Shown here in pieces: positions 54,208-64,000 of a stretch of 64,000 bases of DNA (position 1 is its first letter; each line of letters opens with the position of its first letter). Where the stretch lies: positions 32,001 through 96,000 of IMG/VR virus record IMGVR_UViG_3300005563_000031; one strand, written 5' to 3'. The notes beneath the pieces were generated by a model that had not been told where the DNA came from, made no database searches, and worked only from the letters and a program-made list of their open reading frames with translations. The stretch is from a virus. The translations under genes were made by a program, and so were the position numbers.

Positions 54208-54672
54208 TTAGGCCATCGTGAAGATGCCGGCCGTGGCCGGAGCAATCGTCAACGTGTTGGGGCTGGAGATCGTGAACGCGGCTGTCGACAGCGTGCAAAA
54301 GCACACCACCTTACCCGCGCCCGCGCCGGTGGAATTGCGAATGCACGCGTACTTGATGTTGTTCAGCGCGCTACCGCTCGCCGTGAACACAAGGCCCACA
54401 GTGGAGTAGGTGAACTTCATCTGCTTCGCGGATGCACCCACTGTCCACTGCGCGGTCGCAGGTACAAGGTTGCGCCCTCCTACCGCGTAGCCGCCCCGCG
54501 CGGAAATCTCACCTACTGCGGACGCAAAGGTGGAGATCGCGAGGCCTGCAAACACGGCAGACGCGCTCGCACGGTGCAATGACATTTTGTAGACGCCGGC
54601 ACCGAGGGTAATCGTGCCGTTGCCCATAAAGCGCTTGGCTTTGTTAAAAGCCTTCCATGTACCAGCAGCCAT
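54208..54672 (-). CDS. virion structural protein
   Basis: GGYAVGG, LTI.PA..GIF motifs; capsid-like codon bias. Confidence 0.7.
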   Translation of the reverse strand: MAAGTWKAFNKAKRFMGNGTITLGAGVYKMSLHRASASAVFAGLAISTFASAVGEISARGGYAVGGRNLVPATAQWTVGASAKQMKFTYSTVGLVFTASGSALNNIKYACIRNSTGAGAGKVVCFCTLSTAAFTISSPNTLTIAPATAGIFTMA

Positions 54673-54712
54673 GTGTCAAACCCCTTCCTTGGGTTAGGAT
54701 GAAAGAAATGTA

Positions 54713-54919
54713 TTATGCCATCGGAGGCACAGTGGTACCGGCTCCGTTCGCCGTGGCCGTCCATTTATCGCCGTCAAATAAATACCATTTGCCCGTGTCC
54801 GTTTCGAAGAACACGTCGTTTATCTTCGGGGGATTAGGTTGCGTGTTGTGGACTGGCTTCGTATCGGCCGCGAGTCCTTGCCACAACTGCGTGCTGAGCG
54901 GTCCAACTGTGATCGTCAT
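54713..54919 (-). CDS. small virion-associated protein
   Basis: GLAADTKP...FFETDTGKWYLFDGDKW. Confidence 0.65.
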   Translation of the reverse strand: MTITVGPLSTQLWQGLAADTKPVHNTQPNPPKINDVFFETDTGKWYLFDGDKWTATANGAGTTVPPMA

Positions 54920-54937
54920 TGCCCTAACATCCCTGTG

Positions 54938-56434
54938 TTAATCTAACTGAAACTCCGAGGCCGTCGCGAGCGCGGCGGCCGTATTGATAATCTCTGCGAT
55001 CAACCCGTCGCCGCGTACGTCCATGTCGATATGCTCACCAATCACACGCATGAGGTCCTGGAACTCCTGCGCCTGACTGACCATCCATGGATGGCAGTAA
55101 AACACCTTGGCCCCGCATGTTACAGGAGTTACGTGCTGACCGTCGTTTTCTTTCTGCTCGTAGGCGTGGTGTGTAAATGCGTGGCGATCTTCCATCTCAC
55201 GAAGGCAGCTATCGAACCCAAATACGTGGAATTTGTGATAGCCGAGCATAAGTAGGAGTGAGAATGCACGCAGGACAACCGTGCTTCCAGTCGGAACGAC
55301 GTAGTAAGGCTCGTTGCGCGCGTTAAGGAGGGGGATGGAGGACTCCATGCCCGTATGCCAGAGGATAACCTGATCAAAGGGGAGGGCTTCGAGGACATTC
55401 GGGTGTACCTGGGAGGACATAAGATACCAACAGTGGTTGATCACCGGCAGCACAAAGCGCTTGTTGTGCTCGCGCGCATCAACCATTACCTGTGCGGACG
55501 GTAACAAATCGTGTTCCAATGCCCACCTGTAGGTATTATTCACGGTTACGAGCTTAGCGCCGGAGGCGCGCAATGCCTTTATCTCATCCACATAGTCATT
55601 CAACGACGGGCCGCCGGCTAGCAGGATAACTTCGCAATCATTCTGTTGGAAGGGCCGCGCCTCGCGGTAGCCGCGCTGCACGTTCGCACGCATGTTGGCA
55701 AGGCAGGTGGCTTCTGTGACATTCAACTCGCCCGTTTCCACAAACCGTTTCGCATCCTGCCAGGCGGATACGTAGAAAATGCAGCTAACGGGATTGCGGT
55801 TATTATCAAACTGCGTTTCCGTGTAGTGTGTCACGACACCAAACTGCGACAGCTTTTTGGCCCACCAGTCGGGCGGCTGCACGGTCATGTGCAATGTTTC
55901 TCCAATCATCTCCCCGCACGAGTCGTCGACGGTGGAGATCTGGAAAAACACGTGCTGCGCGGACATGAGGATGTGGTTGAGCACGGTGTCAACTTGATCG
56001 GTAGGTATGTGCTCCATTACATCGGTGCAGTAGCCGTACTTGGCTTTGTAGGGGATGGGCTGGCTTAAGTCTGCGACCGCAAAGTTAAGGACCTTTACGC
56101 CGTCCTCCGGTGTTATCTGCGTCTGCATCGCTTCGAGCACTTGTTGGTCGAGGCAGTTTGGTGCGAAGTCGAGCATCTGCACCTTATAACCCATCGCCGC
56201 GAGCATCCACGCGCCGCGCCCGGTGCCGGCGCCAAAGTCAATTATGGTCGCACGCTCTGTAGGCTTGACCACTTGCATGAACTTCGGGATGAGGTGCTCG
56301 CCGGGCGCAAAGGCGCGGTACTCGGGCTTCTCCCACATGTCCTTGTACTTCTTGCGTTCGGGATTCAACTGCGCCACTCCGATGGTAACCACGGGTGGAT
56401 GCCCCACCATTCCAACTTCGCCGGCGGTTGTCAT
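54938..56434 (-). CDS. class I SAM methyltransferase + DUF115/Maf (MptE-like) domain fusion
   Basis: IIDFGAGTG, CTDVMEHIP; LAGGPSL, GSTV..RA, FGFDSC. Confidence 0.8.
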   Translation of the reverse strand: MTTAGEVGMVGHPPVVTIGVAQLNPERKKYKDMWEKPEYRAFAPGEHLIPKFMQVVKPTERATIIDFGAGTGRGAWMLAAMGYKVQMLDFAPNCLDQQVLEAMQTQITPEDGVKVLNFAVADLSQPIPYKAKYGYCTDVMEHIPTDQVDTVLNHILMSAQHVFFQISTVDDSCGEMIGETLHMTVQPPDWWAKKLSQFGVVTHYTETQFDNNRNPVSCIFYVSAWQDAKRFVETGELNVTEATCLANMRANVQRGYREARPFQQNDCEVILLAGGPSLNDYVDEIKALRASGAKLVTVNNTYRWALEHDLLPSAQVMVDAREHNKRFVLPVINHCWYLMSSQVHPNVLEALPFDQVILWHTGMESSIPLLNARNEPYYVVPTGSTVVLRAFSLLLMLGYHKFHVFGFDSCLREMEDRHAFTHHAYEQKENDGQHVTPVTCGAKVFYCHPWMVSQAQEFQDLMRVIGEHIDMDVRGDGLIAEIINTAAALATASEFQLD

Positions 56435-56441
56435 GTTTGTG

Positions 56442-57104
56442 TTAGGTCCCTGGAATAGTGAATACGTGCGGATAACCCTGTGTCGACGAAACGCGCCCTA
56501 TTGAGCCGTACGGCAGCGAGCGCATGCACTCAAAGTCATAGTCCTTCAATATCGCCCGTGACACTTCAACAATCTTCAACAATTTCTCGTGGTTGCTTTT
56601 CTGTCCCAACACCGCCTCGCGCCGCGACTGTAGCGCGATCGTAAGGAAGTCGCGCTTGCCTTTGTACTTCAGTTTGTTAATCTGACGGGCAAGGCGCGCC
56701 GCAACCTTCTCACCTTCAAATACAGCCGCCGTCGCGTTTGTTTCAAGTGTGTAGAACAAACTCTCGAGGTGGGCGAGGAGGTCGGCGGTGTTGTGATCGT
56801 TTTTCGGGTCACTCGCCCATGCGAGGACGTTCTCAGTGAGCAGCCCCTCCGCATTGCTAAGGATTTCTCGATCCTCACGGTTAAACTGCGGTCCGCGCGC
56901 ATCGTACTCCGCTCGCTGCGCGACATCGGAAAGCACGGCATACGCTTCCTGGACTTGTTTGAAATGCGCTTCCGCATAGGGCTCTTTGTTGTAATCGGGG
57001 TGGTACTGGCGCGCTTTGATACGCCACGCTTTCTTAATCTGTTCCGCTGTCGCATCGCGTGCTACACCAAGAAGCGCATAGAAGTAGGGTAGTTCCTCGT
57101 CCAC
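56442..57104 (-). CDS. DnaJ-domain protein
   Basis: YALLGV...IKKAWR...YHPD...EAYAVLSD. Confidence 0.9.
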   Translation of the reverse strand: MDEELPYFYALLGVARDATAEQIKKAWRIKARQYHPDYNKEPYAEAHFKQVQEAYAVLSDVAQRAEYDARGPQFNREDREILSNAEGLLTENVLAWASDPKNDHNTADLLAHLESLFYTLETNATAAVFEGEKVAARLARQINKLKYKGKRDFLTIALQSRREAVLGQKSNHEKLLKIVEVSRAILKDYDFECMRSLPYGSIGRVSSTQGYPHVFTIPGT

Positions 57105-57301
57105 GTCGTTAGTTTCCGGGTGAAAAGTTATAGAACCCGACTGCTAGGCACACGATGCCCGTCACAAGTGTAATGAGGCTGAGCCGACTTTGCAGACGTG
57201 TTTTGGCAATAATCCAAAAGAAAAATCCCAACAGCAGCATACAGGCGCCGTAGATCATGCTGGCGCCTGCATAGAGTTGAAACTGCGTTTCAAATGGCAT
57301 T

Positions 57302-57880
57302 TTACACACTCGGCGCGTCAATCGCTTTTTCAGTGCCGTCGGGATACCGAAAGATCGCGCGATTGTTGATAAGCACGACACTCGTTGGGAATATAGGCGC
57401 GGGCTTCGGGGGCGGCTCGACTGCTTTCCAATACTTCGAAGGTGCCGTTGTTATGGGTGGCTTACCCGCTTTCTCTCGCGCCAATGCACGCTGTGTGATC
57501 GCAGCCATCACACCGGCGCTCGTCTCCGTTTCCCACTTATCAGGATCCAGTGACACGGTCGTCCTGTTCGTCGTGTAGAAACCCTTCCACACAAACTCCG
57601 CATGCGGGCGATGCATACGACAGTGGTAGCAGTAGGCGCCGCCGTAGAACCACGGGTCGGTAGCATACGTTTGCGCAATTACCCCATCCATGCGTGTTGA
57701 CTTGCCGCACTCAAGGTGCACGTACTCCTCGTTGTAGGGGCGGATGTAGCCCTTAGCCAACTCTTTATCATCTAACACGAGGTACGCCTTCGCTTGGTCG
57801 GTCGGTTCGGTATCGTGGTGGCGGTGTAAATCAGAATGGGCAGGATCCGTTGTCAGCGTCATCATTACTCTCCTTTGCAT
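57302..57880 (-). CDS. conserved phage zinc-binding protein
   Basis: YVH..CG..T.M...TYA.DP.FY..AYC..C. Confidence 0.7.
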   Translation of the reverse strand: MQRRVMMTLTTDPAHSDLHRHHDTEPTDQAKAYLVLDDKELAKGYIRPYNEEYVHLECGKSTRMDGVIAQTYATDPWFYGGAYCYHCRMHRPHAEFVWKGFYTTNRTTVSLDPDKWETETSAGVMAAITQRALAREKAGKPPITTAPSKYWKAVEPPPKPAPIFPTSVVLINNRAIFRYPDGTEKAIDAPSV

Positions 57881-58160
57881 CGGCTGCGGCAGCAGCCTCC
57901 ATTTCCACTATGTAATCGGGTTTATGACCAAACCAACACCCCACGATGCCCGTCGCGAGGTAGTAGCTTTCGCTCGCCATGCTGCCGCGCCGATGTGGGC
58001 CACCATTGATGTTCCAAAACCACCCCGAGCAATAACAGTTCGCTTTCGTGCGCCGCGCTCGCACAGCGGGCGTAATGGGACGTTTGCCTTTAGTGGGCTT
58101 GGCACTGGGACTGCGCTTCGTACGTCGCTGTGTGCGCTTGTGCGTTCGTTTGCGGGCCAT
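57831..58160 (-). CDS. hypothetical basic protein
   Basis: CYCSG...PHRRGS motif. Confidence 0.5.
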   Translation of the reverse strand: MARKRTHKRTQRRTKRSPSAKPTKGKRPITPAVRARRTKANCYCSGWFWNINGGPHRRGSMASESYYLATGIVGCWFGHKPDYIVEMEAAAAADAKESNDDADNGSCPF

Positions 58161-58916
58161 CGGTCGTCCTATACCGGCGCAGACTGGGTGTGTACTCGTA
58201 CACGTAGCTGTAACAGCGCAGTGGATACGGAAAACAAACAATGGGAGGCAATTCGTACCACGCGTATGTCATCGCGCGTAAGTCACTGCCGTAATACTCC
58301 TTTGAAGATATGTAGCGCAACCACCAAACACCCAACTTCGCATTCCAAGTGTAACGCGGTTTAGGTAACAGAGGTACGCGCGGGTTCATATCAACTTTAC
58401 GCGGGGTGTAGGAACGGGGGCGGCCAGGGGTTCCTGTAAAGCCACACGCTGGGTTTTTGGTAATCGAAGAAACTTAGGGAGTTCCTTAAGCACCACACGT
58501 TGTACTGCCAGTCCCATCGGTAAATTGGCCGCACTTTCGCGTTCAGACTTGCGGGCGTGTAGGACAATCTCCCTCCCCAACGGACTTAAGTCCGTCCAGT
58601 CTCGTTGCCGTTCCTCGTGCGTGAGCGGCAACAGTATCTGTAGTGCGATGCGCTTTGTCACAATTACTGAGGTGCTGTCGCATACAAATGCTGCCACGTT
58701 GGTTTCAACATACGCCGTATAACTGCAGGCAGCACGTAAATCATCGCACGCACGTAATCGCAACAGTCCTCCTGCGAACGCAGCACTGCAGAGTGGCCTT
58801 TGTAGGTAATGGGCAGCTTGCACAGCATGCACACGTTTTCAACCGGGTGGGGCATGCGCTTGTGCTCAAAGCAGGTACAGGTTTTCACGCACCCAGCTCC
58901 AGAACGAGTTGGTATC

Positions 58917-59228
58917 TCACTGATCCTCCGCCTTAGCCCACTCTTGCGGGTCACGCGCATCGTCGAGCAACACCGGCTTTCGCGTGTGCAACAACTGCGG
59001 TTGCAGCGGGTGCCCAAAGGACAGCACTTGCTGCCATATGCGACCTAACACGAGCAACTGCAACCGCTCCTTCCAGTTCAACCGCCAACAGAAGGTAATA
59101 ATCTTCTCAGGCGTCCCGCTGTCGACGTGGGAGGGCAGCGGGCGATACTGCGGCTGGTCCTTCGCAATCGTTATGTTGACTTCGGGGAAGGTGACGGGTT
59201 CCATTGGTCGTAATACCTTTGTAAGCAC
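58917..59228 (-). CDS. conserved phage hypothetical protein
   Basis: AKDQPQYRPLP...CWRL.WKERL...LQP. Confidence 0.7.
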   Translation of the reverse strand: MLTKVLRPMEPVTFPEVNITIAKDQPQYRPLPSHVDSGTPEKIITFCWRLNWKERLQLLVLGRIWQQVLSFGHPLQPQLLHTRKPVLLDDARDPQEWAKAEDQ

Positions 59229-59389
59229 GTCGTGCTACAGAAATGTCGGTTCGGAGGCAATTCCTCGAGCGCCCTAAAGCGCGGCACCTCGTAATCGGGG
59301 TGGTACTGCAACACCACTTCAATATACTGCTCGTGCATCTCGCGTTGGCACTGGTCGCAGTGAACAACCGTGTGGTAAACAATACTCAT

Positions 59390-59578
59390 TCACAAGTCCG
59401 TGCATTTCGCGTCCTTGCGATTAAACAGCTTGGGACGCAGGGTGGATTTGGGATCAATGCCATTCATAAGCAGCAGTTTGTCGAGCACGACCGGGCGCAC
59501 GACGGGCGCCGCTTGCGCGGTCTCGGACTCGTCCACGACGAGCTTGCCATCCTTCCACACTTCTTTGTAAACTTTCAT
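59390..59578 (-). CDS. hypothetical protein
   Basis: 62 aa, abuts neighbours. Confidence 0.5.
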   Translation of the reverse strand: MKVYKEVWKDGKLVVDESETAQAAPVVRPVVLDKLLLMNGIDPKSTLRPKLFNRKDAKCTDL

Positions 59579-59872
59579 TCAGATACCCTTCTTAACTAAC
59601 CCGTTTGAATCGGGCAGGGCGGGGAGCGGTGACAGCACGTGCCCAAACGCATGCATGCTGTTGGCAAAATGCGCATCAGCCCATTTCTGCGTAGCTTGCA
59701 CCGCACGTTCTAAATCCTCGAGTGTTGTGTCTGAAGTCATAGAACGGCCGCGCATTCGGCTAACGTAATTGTGTGCGACTGCGTGTAGGTCTCGAATTTC
59801 AATCGAGCACATCGGACACGGAGCGCTGCCGTCAAACGGGGGATCTTTTATTTCTTCCATTCCACTACCCAT
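59579..59872 (-). CDS. hypothetical protein
   Basis: 97 aa. Confidence 0.55.
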   Translation of the reverse strand: MGSGMEEIKDPPFDGSAPCPMCSIEIRDLHAVAHNYVSRMRGRSMTSDTTLEDLERAVQATQKWADAHFANSMHAFGHVLSPLPALPDSNGLVKKGI

Positions 59873-59914
59873 CCTTGCTTTGGCTAACCGCGCTGCGTAT
59901 CTAACACATCCGAC

Positions 59915-60334
59915 TTATCGGTCATCACGCACCTTGTACTTGAATGCCTCAAACTGCACACCGCGCGAGGCTGCATGACCTTCGAGGTATTGTATGTGGC
60001 GCAGCGCACGGGCCAACTCCTCATGCGCCGTGTACTTGTCGCCGATTTTTTCTAACACCAGCTCAGCCACGCTATTGGCATACGAAAAATGCAGGTCCTT
60101 TACGTCCTTTGCCTGCAACAGCTCCATACCACTAATGGTGAGATGCACGCATGGCGTATGCAACAACACACCTCGAAGGGCCCATGCATTCGTGTCGGCG
60201 CGTTGCCGTTCATTATCTAACGCAATCTTAAGCAACGTCTTATCGCGCTCTAAGCGTTCGGTCGCAAAGCGAAGTCGACGCAAGACTTCTGTTTCTATAT
60301 CGTTGGCTCGGCTCATAGCGTCACTTCCTGCCAC
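59915..60334 (-). CDS. hypothetical coiled-coil protein
   Basis: 139 aa. Confidence 0.55.
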   Translation of the reverse strand: MAGSDAMSRANDIETEVLRRLRFATERLERDKTLLKIALDNERQRADTNAWALRGVLLHTPCVHLTISGMELLQAKDVKDLHFSYANSVAELVLEKIGDKYTAHEELARALRHIQYLEGHAASRGVQFEAFKYKVRDDR

Positions 60335-60608
60335 GTGCGGCGACGTTTACAACAGCGACACGCGTACACAGAGAGCGTAACACCCCAGCACAGCGCGACG
60401 TTTTCGATCTCTTTATCACTATGTCCAACGATGCGGCACCATAGTTGACGCCAGAACATGCTTTATTCCCTAAACCAAACTAGTCCCACGCCTACCAACA
60501 AAACTCCCAGGATAATCATTATGCCGTATGGCAAAAAATTATCCTCCGGGCGCACGCTACACCCGCCCGCGATACCGCCTACCAGCAACGCGACACCGAA
60601 CAAAGTTG

Positions 60609-61265
60609 TCATAACCGCGTGTAGCCAGCCTCAAACTCTGTAGCCGGCGAAAACGATTGATACCCGCCCTCATACTGCACCCAGTACCCGCCTACTTTCG
60701 GCTCGTGCTTTTTAATGTAGGCATCGCTTACTACGAAGGAGGCGTAGTAGTTGTCCTCGGGTGTAATCAACCACACCTCATCTTTGTTGGTCGAGGGATC
60801 GTGGATGTCCGCTATTTTGAGCGCCCACACTTTCTTGTGGCACTGGTAGCGCGGCAGTGGTGTCATGCAACCCTCCGCGCCAACACGAATTGGAACGGTG
60901 GGCGGATTCGGATCGCCCCGCGTGATCGCAACCATATCGCCTAGTGTTGCGTTGCCGGCTTTCGCACGGCGCTTCGCATCCTCAAACTCGCGATTCACAG
61001 GAACAGACTGCGGAGCGGGCGGGCCCCCGGCCGGGCGCGGGCTATCGCTTACTGCTTTGACATTGCTTTTGGTCGAGCCCTCTGTAAGGCCCTTGGATGC
61101 GTTCTCAAACTCGCGATTCACAGTGGGGCCTCCGGGGCAATTAGGATAGTTTATACAGACACCTGCCGTCGCTCCGCAGTACGTGCAGCAGAGAGGATCC
61201 TCACCGAGCCGTTCAATCCAACGGCGCAATTCCTCGCTCGTCATGTTGAACAGTGTTTTGATCAA
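60609..61265 (-). CDS. conserved phage protein
   Basis: C-terminal PRYQCHKKVWALKI...GGYWVQYEGGYQSFSP..FEAGY; internal VNREFE repeat. Confidence 0.7.
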   Translation of the reverse strand: MIKTLFNMTSEELRRWIERLGEDPLCCTYCGATAGVCINYPNCPGGPTVNREFENASKGLTEGSTKSNVKAVSDSPRPAGGPPAPQSVPVNREFEDAKRRAKAGNATLGDMVAITRGDPNPPTVPIRVGAEGCMTPLPRYQCHKKVWALKIADIHDPSTNKDEVWLITPEDNYYASFVVSDAYIKKHEPKVGGYWVQYEGGYQSFSPATEFEAGYTRL

Positions 61266-61552
61266 ACTTCACTCCATACACCGCGTGTTAGATAGCCGTG
61301 CCAACTACCGCCACCGGTAATAAGGATCGACGGCGCTACGGTAATTGTACCATCCTCGTGCTCGACCACCTCGTGTCGCTTTAGATTACCGTGCGCACCG
61401 TCTGGCAACGAGGCATTAACTGGCGAGCAGCACATCCATGCCCCCATGCAGTCGCTTTTCATGTATTCGCCCGGCTGTAGCTTGTACCACAGTGGCTCCC
61501 CGTTGTTGTGTGTCTCTTGTTCCTCGAGATCGCGTCGCCGCTTACCTAACAC
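61262..61552 (-). CDS. DUF6527-like protein, copy 2
   Basis: HEVVEHEDGTITVAPSIL...WHGYL..GVW; GGAGG upstream of GTG. Confidence 0.65.
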   Translation of the reverse strand: MLGKRRRDLEEQETHNNGEPLWYKLQPGEYMKSDCMGAWMCCSPVNASLPDGAHGNLKRHEVVEHEDGTITVAPSILITGGGSWHGYLTRGVWSEV

Positions 61553-61851
61553 GATACCATCCTCCCCTCTCGTATCCATCCGTGCCAGTTGCCAATCGAG
61601 TTGACGGAGGGCAACAGGGTAGGCTTTTGTTCGTTTCGATCCCAGTCCCACGAATGTCCACCATTTGTGGCCGGCGAACGCAACGGCCGTATAGGTAGGT
61701 GTGCTATGTGGCCGCCGGGCAGTGCGCAAATCATCCATTGTTGGTTTTCGTCGTCCGTATAGAAATAGTAATCGCCCGGATCGAGATCGTACACACTAAG
61801 CGCGGCCTTCTCTCGCGGCACCAACTTCATGTTGATAGATTCCGTGTTCAT
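61546..61851 (-). CDS. DUF6527-like protein, copy 1
   Basis: WDWD.NEQKPTLLPSV....WHGWIREG. Confidence 0.7.
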   Translation of the reverse strand: MNTESINMKLVPREKAALSVYDLDPGDYYFYTDDENQQWMICALPGGHIAHLPIRPLRSPATNGGHSWDWDRNEQKPTLLPSVNSIGNWHGWIREGRMVSC

Positions 61852-62132
61852 ATGCCATACCCGCCGGCTGCTGCGAGATCGGGGTCGACGTACTGCGTGC
61901 ACAATTTCTCCAATGGTGCCAACAACTCGCCAAGGTAGTAACGTGCAAACGCAATGGACAGCTGCTCGTGGGTACGCTCGACCACCGCATGCGAACCAGT
62001 AAGTGTTTCGTTGAACACATCGGCGTCTGCCTTGTTGGTAAAGATACCAACGGGCACGAAATCATCGAACGTGACGGGGATGTACTGGTATGCTACGTGG
62101 TAGCTAGGCGAGTGTGAAGCTTTCATGGACAC
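61848..62132 (-). CDS. hypothetical protein
   Basis: 94 aa, ATGA overlap. Confidence 0.55.
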   Translation of the reverse strand: MSMKASHSPSYHVAYQYIPVTFDDFVPVGIFTNKADADVFNETLTGSHAVVERTHEQLSIAFARYYLGELLAPLEKLCTQYVDPDLAAAGGYGI

Positions 62133-62424
62133 TTCCTTGTGCTAGCTGCCAGCGCTCGGCTTCGCAATAGTGCGCACTCGTAAAGAACCCGTTGCAATAG
62201 CCGCAATAGTGCATTACAGGGTGGCTATGCGTGCGACCTAACCCAACCGGCGCATCGCATGCCGAGCATTCAAACGCCGTGTCACACAAACACACATTTA
62301 ATGGATAGGAGGAATAGGCAATCACGTCCTCATCCCACACAGATGCCGGCTTTCCTACTGCCAGCGGCACAATGGTCGCAACGCCTGCGCCAAAAGCTAA
62401 CTTAAACAGGTCGCGTCGATTCAC
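62104..62424 (-). CDS. twin-arginine-signal-like Cys/His-rich protein
   Basis: NRRDLFK plus hydrophobic stretch; CxxC pairs. Confidence 0.55.
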   Translation of the reverse strand: MNRRDLFKLAFGAGVATIVPLAVGKPASVWDEDVIAYSSYPLNVCLCDTAFECSACDAPVGLGRTHSHPVMHYCGYCNGFFTSAHYCEAERWQLAQGSVHESFTLA

Positions 62425-62596
62425 TGCGCAATCTCCTTTGTTAACTCACGCGCGTATGCTTCAAGGTGCGGTGCGGAGTACTGCACTGATAATTGTCTTT
62501 CTTTGCAGTGCCTAACCTGCTCCATAATAGATTCCACTTTGCCGGTTGGCAAGTGGTCGCGCATGAGTAGGTAAAGGAACTGTGTTAGACGTTCGT

Positions 62597-64000
62597 TCAT
62601 TGCGGTTGTGCCCCCATAAGATATGCCGTGTGTACGATGTTGTGTTGTGCATCGGCCTCAGCTTCAGCCTTACGTTGCGCTTCCTGCAAGCGTTTGTCCA
62701 CGCCATAGTACTCAAGCAACCCACGGGCGCCTGGGCGCAGGAAGAGGAACGTTAACAACTGCGTAAAGGCGTCCACCTGGTCGTCGTGCTTCGCCTTCGG
62801 GAAGTTATAGAGCTCCTTGAGGAATATCGGCACCCATGCTTCGGGCTGGCCGGTCTCAGGATCCAGCGGAAAGAACACGCGATTCGCTTCCCAGTACGGC
62901 GTAAGTGGCCGGGCGCGAGCGGGCTTGTCGATGTTAGTTTCAATCGGGACGACGGGGAACTTGCCATCGTTTTGGTATTCCTGTATTAGCTGCTGGCCGG
63001 AGGCTTTGTCCTCGATCAACAGTGCGCTTGGGTTAACGACGAGCGAGGTAAGTGCGACCTGTTCCTTAAGCTGCGTGTACCGCCACTTGTCGCGGATCAC
63101 GTTGTTGATAAACACACCGCGATCAAACTCCCATGCCTCGAGCAATACGGAGTAATCGTTTTCCTCTTTGTCTTTGATTGCGCTATCGATCGACAACATA
63201 CGCTGTACGATGACACCGACGGGCAGCTGCGAACGGTAGATAAACTGCGCGTGGCCTTTCGTAAAAATCTCACCTTGCAGCATACTGGGGCGCTGCTGGT
63301 GTTGACCTTCGAAACCGCTTTGGCCGAGGACGATGCGATCGCTATCGATGACATCCGTTGGAAAGCGCGCCTCGAACATGAGGCCATTTGTAACGGGCGT
63401 TTCAACTTTGGTCTTGTGATCAACAAAACCCCAGTGTGCGCCAACCGCAGTACCTTGCTCGTCGAGTGTTTTGTAGTATTTGCGCGGGTCCGTCCACCCG
63501 AGTGTCGTCGTGTGGCGCGTGTCTTCCTCTTCCTGCTCCCACATCTGCGGGATCTTAAGCAGCTCCCATGTAGCGAGGCCGTCACGCTCTAACACATGGC
63601 CCGGTAGATCATCCTCACGCAGCCGTTGCCCGATAATGCAGCGAGTGCTAGTCGAGGGATCGGCCACGCGGTTCCAAAACGCGTTATCCCACCACCGGTT
63701 AACTTTGTCGACTTCGGGCTGTTGGAACGCCTTACGAGCATCCAAAGCATCGTCAACAAAGAGGCCCATAAATCGATGGCCAGTGACACCGGCTCCGGTA
63801 GTGAGTGCGAGGCGCTCACCGGTTTTCGTATTGCGGTAGTACAGCTTCTCGTTCTGGTCACGCGAGAACTTCCACTGTATGTCAAAAGTTTCCTTGTACC
63901 ACTTTGATTCGAGCACCATGCGGCACTTACCGCTGTCGCGCGACTCGATGCCGGGGACCCCTGATGCAAAGCAACCGCGATACCACGGCTTCCACGTCCA
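62597..64000 (-). CDS. terminase large subunit (5' part outside window)
   Basis: VTGHR..LFVDD, QR..EDDL.G, QQRP, SIDSA, IEDKASG, FP..KHDDQVDA. Confidence 0.95.
   Translation of the reverse strand, partial: WTWKPWYRGCFASGVPGIESRDSGKCRMVLESKWYKETFDIQWKFSRDQNEKLYYRNTKTGERLALTTGAGVTGHRFMGLFVDDALDARKAFQQPEVDKVNRWWDNAFWNRVADPSTSTRCIIGQRLREDDLPGHVLERDGLATWELLKIPQMWEQEEEDTRHTTTLGWTDPRKYYKTLDEQGTAVGAHWGFVDHKTKVETPVTNGLMFEARFPTDVIDSDRIVLGQSGFEGQHQQRPSMLQGEIFTKGHAQFIYRSQLPVGVIVQRMLSIDSAIKDKEENDYSVLLEAWEFDRGVFINNVIRDKWRYTQLKEQVALTSLVVNPSALLIEDKASGQQLIQEYQNDGKFPVVPIETNIDKPARARPLTPYWEANRVFFPLDPETGQPEAWVPIFLKELYNFPKAKHDDQVDAFTQLLTFLFLRPGARGLLEYYGVDKRLQEAQRKAEAEADAQHNIVHTAYLMGAQPQ

Noticed and set aside
1-64000. 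Prophage boundary or host DNA
   Set aside because: No integrase, att repeat or host housekeeping genes seen; lifestyle cannot be determined from this window

Overview
A 64-kb segment of a large, moderately GC-rich siphovirus-like phage genome. The embedded Rz/Rz1 spanins and a PagL-like gene point to a Gram-negative host. From left to right: (i) plus-strand early/accessory genes (1-7.9 kb) with three near-identical sigma70 promoters, a DUF932-like gene, and a coiled-coil gene followed by a ~290-nt RNA containing a circularly permuted tRNA (YrlA/Y-RNA-like architecture, no Ro60/Rsr gene in the window); (ii) minus-strand spanins and a holin-like gene; (iii) plus-strand HD-vWA, GH5 glycoside hydrolase and Lar-like genes; (iv) a ~7-kb minus-strand tRNA array (13.76-20.68 kb) with 38 anticodon-bearing tRNAs covering all 20 amino acids, two tRNA-like RNAs without a usable anticodon, an HNH gene, and a self-contained folded RNA in most spacers, all behind a promoter, a leaderless uORF and an rrn-type boxA; (v) a minus-strand late operon with endolysin, tail tip and fibres, tape measure, frameshifted chaperones, tail tube, capsid, protease, a MuF-PPase-ART polyvalent protein, portal, a PagL-like gene, repeat-rich fibre genes, a methyltransferase/DUF115 fusion, DnaJ, small genes and the large terminase, which is truncated by the window edge. 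All family calls come from motif recognition by eye and all RNA folds are hand-derived; no searches were run.
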